Assembly: GCA_037444445.1 (NCBI GenBank) | Contig: JBBIMK010000032.1 | Coordinates: 1 to 17,578 of the forward strand | From: a bacterium | GTDB lineage: Bacteria; UBP7; UBA6624; JBBIMK01 | DNA length: 17,578 nucleotides | Direction of reading: 5' to 3' | Part shown: positions 7,691-14,879 of the stretch, piece by piece | Position numbering within the stretch: the first letter of the stretch is position 1 | Layout: every line of letters begins with the position of its first letter | Notes under the pieces: model-generated | Seen by the model: only the letters and a program-made list of their open reading frames with translations | The model's database searches: none | What the model was told of the DNA's origin: nothing | Position numbers and translations under genes: made by a program

Positions 7691-10600
7691 CCGGATGGAT
7701 TCCAGTTGGTGGCGTATTTCAAATCGTCAAGGTTGTCGCCCCGAATGTAGGCAATATGGAGGCAGTTCTGAGAGTCCACAGCAATGGAGGCATATTGGCC
7801 GACATCCCCTTCAGAGTCAATGGTCACAGGTGCTGGAGCGCCGGAGGAGAGAAGGACGAGATTTTTCTTTTGTGTATCGTAAGCGATGGTGCGAAAATTG
7901 CCCCTCAGGTCCTGAACGGCGGAAGAAGGCGTCATCATTGCCATTCTGGATGCGAGGAGTTCCACATTCCAGCCGGTTGCGTTTCTATAGGCGTGATACA
8001 GCTCAGCACCCCCACCTACCTTGTTGTAGAAAATATGCACAACCCCATCCGATGAAATGAGAATGGATGTCTGCCCCACATTGGCAGTATTCGGATTTCC
8101 AGGCAGAACCTCTTCGGTGACCCACGAACCGGGAACGCCCCAGGCGTGCTTCAGTCTTCTATTCGGTCCCCGGTAGGAGATATGGAAGGTTCCCGCACCA
8201 TCCTGGGCGATGGATGTGAAGGCAAATGAGCCGTAGCTGGCGGGGGCATCCTCAATCACCTCAGTCCGCCAGAACATCCCATCAAAATAGGCGATGCGAA
8301 CCTGGGCTCTCCGGTTGAGCTGGGTGATGACATAAACGCCCGCATAGGAAATCACGGGAAGTGAGGAACCGGGTGCCAATACGATGTCGTTGAAAGCACC
8401 CAGGTCCGCCTGAGCATCCACGATGACTGGATTCCCTTGCCATATCTTCAAAAAGCCCCCGCTCTGATAGTAGGAAACGGTGAAATTGTTCCCATCCCGA
8501 ACGGCTATGGAGTTGTATCTGCCCACATCAAAAGGGGCATCCAGCGTGGTTAGCCTCCAGGAGTTTCCCATCGTTCCCACCGCCAGCCTCAAATCTTTCA
8601 TCACCTGCTCGTAATAGGTGATGAGGACGGGTGGGGGAACACCAGGACCGGGCACGGGTCCCACCCCGATGGAAGTTTGCCAGCCGATATTCCCTGCCCT
8701 GTCCACTTCCTGAATCGTCCATTCACTTTCCCGCGCTGTAACTTCAATCAGGAGTGTGGCTTCTCCATCCACCCATACCTGTGCCACAATATTTCCCCCG
8801 ATGACCTGAAAGGGAAGGGCTTGACCGGAGAGCAACTCGGTAAGGGTGACGGTGGCAGGGTTGAGACGCAAAGGCTGGGATTCCAGGGTGAGCGCTGCCC
8901 CGATGGGGGTGGTGGTGGAGTTCCTGACGGTGAAAAAAATCCCACTGGCGGAGGAAGAGCGGGAGCCAAACCGCTCCACCCACACAGAGGGGTTATCCGC
9001 ACGGGCATAGGGAATGGGTTCCCAGCCTGCCCTGTTGATACGCTTGATGAGTGGAATATACTTCCTGAACAGAGGTCGGTCACGCTCGTAAAGCCCCGGA
9101 TTGTCCCAGTATCGGTCCTCCGCCGCATTATGGCTGAACATACTGGGATAAATGCCGTAAAACAGGCAAATCTGGAAATACCTTTCCACCAGTGCGTAAG
9201 TGAGATTGTCAAAGTTGGTGTTCATCAATAAGCCGTAAGGCTTCTGGTAGGCGAGCGTTCGGCGGTAGTTCATCACCGCATCGGAATCCGGGCGAAGGAA
9301 GGCGGTTCCATCGGGTTGCCAATCCACCTCTATCCCCATAAAATCAAACAGTTCCACACCCCAGGGCATAAACCCACTCCAGCCAGTCAGCATAGCATTT
9401 GCCATAGTCCACTTGCGCAGATTGTTGTGCACATCATCGGACAGCCAGCGGGAAAACTCCGTAGTGGCGAAAACTTCTGGCAAGCCGAGGCGCCAGTCCT
9501 GTGTCCGAAAGGTCAGGGGTATGTCCGTCGCCGAATAGTGAGAAACCCGGAAATCCATTCTGATGTTATATCCCAGGTAAGAGTCCACATATTCCCCGTC
9601 CAGCCCCGGATAAGTTCTGTAAGCGTTTCTGGCAGAATCGTTCCAGTGCAGGTTCGCCTTATTGAGTGGATACTGGGGGTCGGTGATGTCCGGGTCGGGA
9701 TTCACGATGAAGGCAGCACACCCAGCCACCCCCCGGCACCAGGGGGGACTGTTCTGGGGGGAATAGGGGATATAGCGATACCTGTTGTTCTCGTCAAACA
9801 TTCCAGAGGAGAGGGTGGCTTCCGCCATCCTCCTTTCCCACGGACTGCCAGTCTGATGCTTGTTCTGCACATACGCCACCACCTGGTCGTAATTGAAGGG
9901 GTCCACATTCGGGTCGTTAATAAGCCACCACATCGACCAGGGTTCCGCAATATAGCGAAAGGAGAGGATTCCCACGCTGTCATCAAAAGCAACTTGATTC
10001 AAATTGCCCAGTTCGTGGAAGGCAATGCCAAAATCCTGAATGTTCGGAATGGGGGAAAGGTCGGAGAAGGCAACCCAGATACCTTCCTGCTCCGGGGGCA
10101 GGCTGCGCTGGAAGAACTCCGGAAAACGGTCATAATAGCCCTTTGCCGCCGAACGAAACCCCCACTGAGAGTCCGTGCGGTAAAGGATGAAATCCACCCA
10201 CGCTTTGCGGGGAAACCTGGAGGTGAGTGGTGAAAGCCCCAGGTCATAGGCGAAAAAGAACAGATTTGCCGAAGGGTTGTATATCAGGCGGAAGAAACGG
10301 GGGTGGTCTGATGGATGCGCCAGAGCAAGCCCCCCAGATGAGCCACTCAGGCTTGCCCAGGGATAGTTGCTGAAATAGCCAGTCGCGCCGATGTCCACAT
10401 TCCAGAGATTCCGATTGATGAACTCGTTAGTGCCAGCGACGATTCTGCTGGAGCGGATGTCATCCCCCCAGGTCCATCCTTCAGCGAGGATGGGAAGGGC
10501 AAAGTAAAGGGTGATCGCTCGGTCCGCTCCGGTCAGGTCGGTGAGCTCCGCGTGAATGGAAATTCGGTCAAAAAAGGCTGTGTAGGTCGCCTCAAAATTC

Positions 10601-11523
10601 AGGTTCAACGGTTCCACGACGGTCTGGTGGAAAATCTCATTTCCGCTGATGGTAAGTGTTCCGCCGGGATGGTAGTAGTCGGATTGGTTCGCCACATCCC
10701 GGATGAAAAACCCACCCGCATAAGCCTGCGACGGGGCATTCACCGAGGTGCCTCCCAGAGCGATGCCGGTGATTGCACCACCCCCGCTGGAAAATGTGAT
10801 GGACAGACCATCCCCGGTGGTTAAAGTGAGGGGAGAACCCCCATAGGGAGGTGAGGGATACACAATCTTCCCAACCGGGTTGCTGTCAAATGTAATCACT
10901 TCGTCCAGGATTTCTTGCACGCTGATGTCGTCAAACCACACTCCGCCCGTGTGAGTCAACCGGAAAAGGCAATAGACTCGGATATTCCTGATGGGCTTTT
11001 CCGGGAGAATGAACCCTTCCAGAAACTGCCAGTCGTGCGTGCCAGTGTTGAAGCGCAAAGTCTGTCCGTAAAGGGGTGTGCCATCGGTATAATACACATC
11101 CAGGTAGATGCTGTAGTGGGCATCTACGACACCAGATACATTTTCCGCCTTGCTCCAGCCGCTGAAATAGATGGGGCGTGGCACCGACTGGTTCAGAACG
11201 ATATTCTGAACAGCCCCGCGGACCTCATCGGGAACTAAACTGGAAAGTTTCAGCGCCCGGCTCCCCAACCTTCCCCACGTTTCATCCACCGTATATCCCA
11301 GCCCGTAAGGGTTCCAATATGTGGCTTGCCCCGGTGAACCGTCTTCAAAACCGGGATTCAACAATAAGTTCCCCGACATCCGCAGGTTGCGGGGATGGAC
11401 GAACACCTTCCAGGAGGGCACCAAAAACGCATCCCCATCCCTCGAAATAACCACCAGAAGAAGGCTTGCCCAAAATATGTGTATCCACAATTTTTTCCCG
11501 CACCGCAAGCCGAAAAATGCCAT
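7678..11523 (-). CDS. Large secreted multidomain protein: signal peptide + CBM4/9-like carbohydrate-binding module + uncharacterised central domain + C-terminal beta-propeller-like repeats
   Basis: 1281-aa uninterrupted ORF. AAGGAGG SD 7 nt before the ATG. The N-terminus MAFFGLRCGKKLWIHIFWASLLLVVI looks like a signal peptide. aa ~50-205 (NLLLNPGFEDG...WFDDISV) resembles galactose-binding-like CBM4/9 modules. The last ~350 aa carry about 7 repeats of the pattern VGxYxSIAVDxxGxxHIxY...LKYA. Confidence 0.9.
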   Translation of the reverse strand: MAFFGLRCGKKLWIHIFWASLLLVVISRDGDAFLVPSWKVFVHPRNLRMSGNLLLNPGFEDGSPGQATYWNPYGLGYTVDETWGRLGSRALKLSSLVPDEVRGAVQNIVLNQSVPRPIYFSGWSKAENVSGVVDAHYSIYLDVYYTDGTPLYGQTLRFNTGTHDWQFLEGFILPEKPIRNIRVYCLFRLTHTGGVWFDDISVQEILDEVITFDSNPVGKIVYPSPPYGGSPLTLTTGDGLSITFSSGGGAITGIALGGTSVNAPSQAYAGGFFIRDVANQSDYYHPGGTLTISGNEIFHQTVVEPLNLNFEATYTAFFDRISIHAELTDLTGADRAITLYFALPILAEGWTWGDDIRSSRIVAGTNEFINRNLWNVDIGATGYFSNYPWASLSGSSGGLALAHPSDHPRFFRLIYNPSANLFFFAYDLGLSPLTSRFPRKAWVDFILYRTDSQWGFRSAAKGYYDRFPEFFQRSLPPEQEGIWVAFSDLSPIPNIQDFGIAFHELGNLNQVAFDDSVGILSFRYIAEPWSMWWLINDPNVDPFNYDQVVAYVQNKHQTGSPWERRMAEATLSSGMFDENNRYRYIPYSPQNSPPWCRGVAGCAAFIVNPDPDITDPQYPLNKANLHWNDSARNAYRTYPGLDGEYVDSYLGYNIRMDFRVSHYSATDIPLTFRTQDWRLGLPEVFATTEFSRWLSDDVHNNLRKWTMANAMLTGWSGFMPWGVELFDFMGIEVDWQPDGTAFLRPDSDAVMNYRRTLAYQKPYGLLMNTNFDNLTYALVERYFQICLFYGIYPSMFSHNAAEDRYWDNPGLYERDRPLFRKYIPLIKRINRAGWEPIPYARADNPSVWVERFGSRSSSASGIFFTVRNSTTTPIGAALTLESQPLRLNPATVTLTELLSGQALPFQVIGGNIVAQVWVDGEATLLIEVTARESEWTIQEVDRAGNIGWQTSIGVGPVPGPGVPPPVLITYYEQVMKDLRLAVGTMGNSWRLTTLDAPFDVGRYNSIAVRDGNNFTVSYYQSGGFLKIWQGNPVIVDAQADLGAFNDIVLAPGSSLPVISYAGVYVITQLNRRAQVRIAYFDGMFWRTEVIEDAPASYGSFAFTSIAQDGAGTFHISYRGPNRRLKHAWGVPGSWVTEEVLPGNPNTANVGQTSILISSDGVVHIFYNKVGGGAELYHAYRNATGWNVELLASRMAMMTPSSAVQDLRGNFRTIAYDTQKKNLVLLSSGAPAPVTIDSEGDVGQYASIAVDSQNCLHIAYIRGDNLDDLKYATNWNPSGCFF

Positions 11524-11570
11524 AAGAACCCCTCCTTTTAACTATTTTCTCCAGACCTGTGCCCCTTTCA

Positions 11571-12079
11571 TTATGACCACCTTTTTCTGAATATTATACG
11601 GGAATGAAAGTGGTGTAGACCTTTTGCCTGAATTCCCCCGGGGTGGAGGAAACCTACCAGGTGCTGAGCCAGTATCTGCCTGCGATGGAGGTGGAGGCGA
11701 TATGCAGTGGGCTGAGGCTGGATGTGTTTCTCGCTTTTGCAGTGGCGAAAAAGAAGGAAGAGAGAGGAGAACCTGCCGTGGACCGGAAATACAAATACGA
11801 TATGCAGGCACTTCTTCGCGGAGTCCCTCCGGATTCCATTCCCATCCCCATCCCCTGATAAAGTGATGACGACTCTGGGCGGGGGAAACCGGTAAACTTT
11901 TCCACACTCTGGTTCAGTGAATTCAATAAAAAGGTTATCATTCAGGAAGTCATAGGTTGGAGGTTCAGCCTCGCCGCCACCGCAGGATGTGAGAATTTCA
12001 AGCAAGATGAAGACTGCAACAAGAAGCGAAATTAAGCCAGAGGACACGGTAGGAATGCCCTATCAATTTTTCTCCTCAT
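11571..12079 (-). pseudogene. Small lipoprotein gene, apparently frameshifted near its 5' end (possibly decayed at the 3' end too)
   Basis: GGGAGGG SD (12086-12092) with a 6-nt spacer and ATG 12079 opens MRRKIDRAFLP..., a textbook signal-peptide n-region that stops after 15 codons. The h-region and lipobox (SSGLISLLVAVFILLEILTSC-GGGE) continue in another frame from GTG 12047. Distal to ~11850 the translation becomes H/R/F-rich and un-protein-like. Confidence 0.4.
11593..11598 (-). promoter_or_regulatory. Perfect TATAAT -10 hexamer upstream of the 1281-aa gene (no convincing -35)
   Basis: The reverse complement of 11593-11598 is TATAAT, about 70 nt upstream of ATG 11523. The hexamer 17 nt upstream (GGTCTA) is poor. 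Confidence 0.25.
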
Positions 12080-12123
12080 TTTTATCCCTCCCAATCTACC
12101 CTACCATATATCCTTCAGATAAG

Positions 12124-12255
12124 TCAAACGGGGGGGATGAAATCCCGCTTCCGATGGCGTTGGAATGGTCCTTTCGCCCGGCAGGAAAACTACTCCCAAC
12201 GGGAAAAAGTAAGTGAAAGTTCCTTCTCACCAGTAAAATGGGTGAAATTTATTTC
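12124..12255. repeat. Copy B of the duplicated intergenic element (core 12130-12230); partner at 184-320
   Basis: Same alignment as copy A (82/101 identical, ungapped). Lies between the fur stop (12374) and the lipoprotein gene start (12079). Confidence 0.85.
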
Positions 12256-12373
12256 AATCAAACTGATTCAGCAGGGTATCCACTCCCTTCCCCCGACATC
12301 GTTAAGAATATGGGAAGAATTTTTCTCCACCGAGAAAAGAGTGGGCCAGAATTCCTGCTGGGTGGCACGAAGA

Positions 12374-12769
12374 TTATCGCTTATGGCAATCCTTGCAGAG
12401 GCCGTAGAAAATCAGGCGGTGAAAATAAATTTTGTGCTCCGATAGAAGCCGTCCCGCCTCGTCCACATCAAAGGTCGGTGGCAGATGAATATCCATCAAT
12501 CTCCCGCAGGACAGGCATTTGAAGTGCTCATGAGAATGAGTATTCACGCAGTATCGGCTCATCCCCTCTCCTTCCACATCCAGTTGGAGGATTTCATGGG
12601 ACTCTGCCATTTTTTTCAGATTCCGATAAACCGTCCCCAGAGAAATTCCAGGGATTTTTTCCTTCACTTTTTCACAAACCATCCCTGCCGTGGGATGAAC
12701 GGAAGATAACGCCTCCAGTGCTCGCCGAATCTCCTCTTTTTGAACCGTTAACCGCTTCTTCATAATCAT
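12374..12769 (-). CDS. fur: Fur-family metalloregulator (Fur/PerR/Zur type; specificity not assignable)
   Basis: 131 aa. Winged-helix segment GISLGTVYRNLKKM. His-rich HSHEH followed by CLSC...CKDC (two CX2C pairs of the structural Zn site). Confidence 0.9.
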   Translation of the reverse strand: MIMKKRLTVQKEEIRRALEALSSVHPTAGMVCEKVKEKIPGISLGTVYRNLKKMAESHEILQLDVEGEGMSRYCVNTHSHEHFKCLSCGRLMDIHLPPTFDVDEAGRLLSEHKIYFHRLIFYGLCKDCHKR

Positions 12770-12774
12770 TCTTC

Positions 12775-12803
12775 ATAATAAAAAAATCTCTGCCTTCTGT
12801 CAA
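12775..12803 (-). promoter_or_regulatory. fur promoter TTGACA-N17-TATTAT; predicts a leaderless or near-leaderless mRNA
   Basis: On the - strand, TTGACA is the reverse complement of 12798-12803, the spacer is exactly 17 nt, and TATTAT is the reverse complement of 12775-12780. Only 5 nt separate the -10 from ATG 12769. No SD is present. Confidence 0.6.
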
Positions 12804-12910
12804 TCATCCGAGTGGGCAAGAATGGCTTATCCCCGCCCGTGTCCTTTCGGATGGAGCCTCACTCCCCCCTCCACAATACCCTCCTGACCTCTAACCTTAT
12901 CACGGGTAAC

Positions 12911-12939
12911 TTGACACCGGCACAGGGGTATGCTATCCT
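12911..12939 (+). promoter_or_regulatory. Divergent + strand promoter TTGACA-N17-TATCCT with an extended -10 TG
   Basis: TTGACA at 12911-12916, a 17-nt spacer ending in TGC, and TATCCT at 12934-12939. Located 22 nt upstream of GTG 12961. Confidence 0.5.
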
Positions 12940-12960
12940 AATTATAGACATGCCTGCCCA

Positions 12961-13275
12961 GTGGCGAAAAGACTAACCATGGAAATCCGGGGATATAGAA
13001 GGCTTGAAAATGGTGTGGAGAAGGGATATGCGGTAGCCATTAACCTGAGCGATATTCCGTCGGCGGAGCAATTCAGCGCTCTCTTCCCCGGCAATGTTCT
13101 CATTCTTTATTTCTCTTCCCGTGCAGATGCAGAAAACGGTGGCAAAGAGCAGATGTCCCGCCTTCATCCATCCTTTCAGAAAGCCGTGGAAGCCCTTCGG
13201 GCGGAAGGCTATTCCCCGGACCCTTCCCCCTTATTTCCTTTCCCTGCTTCCTCCCGCCTCTCCTTTTCATCCTGA
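12961..13275 (+). CDS. Hypothetical protein (104 aa from GTG 12961; 98 aa from ATG 12979)
   Basis: ORF immediately downstream of a good promoter. The N-terminal two thirds look plausibly globular and the tail is P/S-rich. No SD and no recognisable family. Confidence 0.45.
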   Translation: MAKRLTMEIRGYRRLENGVEKGYAVAINLSDIPSAEQFSALFPGNVLILYFSSRADAENGGKEQMSRLHPSFQKAVEALRAEGYSPDPSPLFPFPASSRLSFSS

Positions 13276-13363
13276 CCTTCACCCTGCCCGTCAACTCAAA
13301 ATTCAAAACCCTGAACCCTGTGAAAATTCCCCTTTGATATTTTCAACACCCTTCTCTCCCCTC

Positions 13364-13393
13364 TTGCCTCTTTCGCCTTGCAACTGCTAAAAT
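13364..13393 (+). promoter_or_regulatory. Candidate promoter TTGCCT-N18-TAAAAT giving a leaderless transcript for the 317-aa ORF
   Basis: TTGCCT at 13364-13369 and TAAAAT at 13388-13393. ATG 13403 begins 9 nt after the -10. No SD is present. Confidence 0.4.
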
Positions 13394-13402
13394 GAAAGCA
13401 GT

Positions 13403-14356
13403 ATGCCCGATGAGCGCCTGAAAAAATTTTCCCTCTTTTTCCTTTCAACTCTTTTTTACCTCTTCACTCTCCCTGCCTGGTGGCTGGGCGATGCTTATCA
13501 TTCAACCGACCTCACTCCTGCCGGGAAAAAACTTCTGAAGGAAGAGGAAAAGAAATCCCTCGGCACTCTTACCACCTTATTGTATTCTCTACAATTTTAT
13601 CTTTACGGGGAAAAAAGCCCCCCACCCACCATTGAATCCCTTGTGGCTTCTGTGTACTCTCCTCTGTCCTTCTCGGATTTTCGGAATCCTTACCACAATC
13701 GCCAGACCCATTTTTATTCTTACCTCCAGTTAGTCCCCACCCATTCCATTGCGGGAGATTTCAGCCTCACCCTGGAGGCGGGACAGGGGTTCAGGCTCTC
13801 GGTCTTCTTACCGGATTCTTCTTCCCCATCCCCCTCTGCCTTTTCCGTTTCCTTCCTCCTCCCTCTACAGGTGGTGGAAGAACTCATCCATCGGTATGAC
13901 TTAACCCCGGAACCTCTCTGGAACATCAAAGCCTTACCCGTGGAAGAACAGCGCCTCTACTGGCAGTGCCAGCACCTTTTCGTGGCAGGCCAGTTGCTGG
14001 CTTATCAAACCTTTCCGCCCGACAAAGATTCGTCGGGTGCCCCATCCCATCTTTCGGATTTCCTGAAATACCCTTTCCTGATGAATTTTCACTTCACCAA
14101 TGTATTCACTGGCAAACCCTTGCAGGAAGTTCCTCCAGCGAAGCCCTCTCCCGGAGATATTTCTTTAGTGGTCAAAACCCTGCAGGTGCGAGGAGCAGGA
14201 AATTGGACCGCGCAGGAAAAAACTTTCCCCGTTTTTATCGGTTATAAAAAAGATGGCGCTCCGGTCAATCCCGATACGCTGAAGTTCTTTGAAATCACTC
14301 TAAAAAATCCGCCTGCCCGGAATTCCCCAAAAAGACGCGCTCAACCCCTCCCCTGA
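13403..14356 (+). CDS. Hypothetical membrane-anchored/secreted protein (317 aa)
   Basis: Long ORF with an N-terminal hydrophobic segment FSLFFLSTLFYLFTLPAWWL after a charged n-region (DERLKK). No recognisable catalytic motif. Its 3' end runs into the tandem repeat. Confidence 0.7.
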   Translation: MPDERLKKFSLFFLSTLFYLFTLPAWWLGDAYHSTDLTPAGKKLLKEEEKKSLGTLTTLLYSLQFYLYGEKSPPPTIESLVASVYSPLSFSDFRNPYHNRQTHFYSYLQLVPTHSIAGDFSLTLEAGQGFRLSVFLPDSSSPSPSAFSVSFLLPLQVVEELIHRYDLTPEPLWNIKALPVEEQRLYWQCQHLFVAGQLLAYQTFPPDKDSSGAPSHLSDFLKYPFLMNFHFTNVFTGKPLQEVPPAKPSPGDISLVVKTLQVRGAGNWTAQEKTFPVFIGYKKDGAPVNPDTLKFFEITLKNPPARNSPKRRAQPLP

Positions 14357-14430
14357 CCCGTAAGATGGTTCCCCTCCCCTGACCCGTAAGATGGTTCCCC
14401 TCCCCTGACCCGTAAGATGGTTTCCCTCCC
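14345..14430. repeat. Tandem direct repeat, 26-bp unit TGACCCGTAAGATGGTTCCCCTCCCC x3, plus a partial unit at the CDS end
   Basis: Units at 14354-14379 and 14380-14405 are identical. The unit at 14406-14430 is 25 nt with one internal substitution (C->T), and the following base G14431 replaces the final C of the unit. CCCCTCCCC at 14345-14353 matches the unit tail. The first unit starts with the TGA stop of the 317-aa ORF. Confidence 0.95.
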
Positions 14431-14454
14431 GAAATCAACCCTGAGCCTCCCCTT

Positions 14455-14817
14455 TTATCGGTGGCTGAAAATCATTTCCAGCGCCACCAGAAGGAGAAAC
14501 ACGCCAAAGAGTCGCCTGAGGAGGACATCCGGAATGTCGGAGGCTAAAACCGCACCCCCATAAACTCCCGACAAAAATCCCACCACAATCCACGCCGCCA
14601 CAGGCACCTTCACATATCCTCCCAGGTAGTATTTCCAGACCGCTGGAAGGCCTATGGGCAGAAGGAGTATCGCCAGCGAGGTTCCCTGTGCCTCGTGCTG
14701 GGTGAAGTGGAAAAGATACCGCAGAAGCGGGATGATAATAATTCCTCCTCCCACCCCCAGAAGCCCGCTGGTTATCCCCGCCGCCACGCCCACGACCACA
14801 TACAGAAAAATCGGCAT
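14455..14817 (-). CDS. TauE/SafE (DUF81) family anion-exporter-like membrane protein, half-size (120 aa, ~4 TM)
   Basis: Hydrophobic 120-aa ORF with the family-typical GLLGVGGGIIIIPLL motif near the N-terminus. A GAGGAGG SD lies 9 nt upstream. Last gene of the trxA-mnmA unit. Confidence 0.8.
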   Translation of the reverse strand: MPIFLYVVVGVAAGITSGLLGVGGGIIIIPLLRYLFHFTQHEAQGTSLAILLLPIGLPAVWKYYLGGYVKVPVAAWIVVGFLSGVYGGAVLASDIPDVLLRRLFGVFLLLVALEMIFSHR

Positions 14818-14837
14818 ACTTCCCAGCCTCCTCAGTG

Positions 14838-14866
14838 GATGTTTTTTTCTTTACTCAAAAAACATC
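14838..14866 (-). other. Intercistronic AT-rich hairpin between mnmA and the TauE-like gene
   Basis: Perfect 10-bp inverted repeat GATGTTTTTT (14838-14847) / AAAAAACATC (14857-14866) with a 9-nt loop. It sits 20 nt upstream of the downstream gene's start codon, next to its SD. Confidence 0.4.
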
Positions 14867-14879
14867 GGGCTACATTATA

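Noticed and set aside
9316-10233. 305-aa + strand ORF, plus others at 7534-8055, 7620-8060, 8677-9231, 10552-10824 and 10915-11238, antisense to the 1281-aa gene.
   Set aside because: Their composition is R/H/P/V-rich and low-complexity, and they have no SD. The opposite strand carries one uninterrupted 3.8-kb ORF with an SD, a signal peptide and domain-like repeats.
12152-12170. GAUGGCGUU in repeat copy B resembles the fluoride (crcB) riboswitch core.
   Set aside because: It is not conserved in copy A (the segment is variable there), and the AACCGCC/GAUGA partner elements are missing.
12300-12374. AT-rich inverted repeat TTTTCTC-CACC-GAGAAAA (~12331-12348) downstream of fur, considered as a terminator.
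   Set aside because: The stem is A/U-rich and no U-tract follows on the - strand. It is too weak to call.
12137-12522. + strand ORFs 12137-12445 and 12238-12522, which start in or next to repeat copy B.
   Set aside because: They run antisense through the 3' part of the well-supported fur gene. The first starts inside the conserved repeat, where copy A has a stop after 7 codons. Neither has an SD.
14345-14430. Considered whether the 26-bp repeats are a small CRISPR array.
   Set aside because: The units are directly abutting with no spacers, and there are no cas genes. This is a simple tandem duplication.
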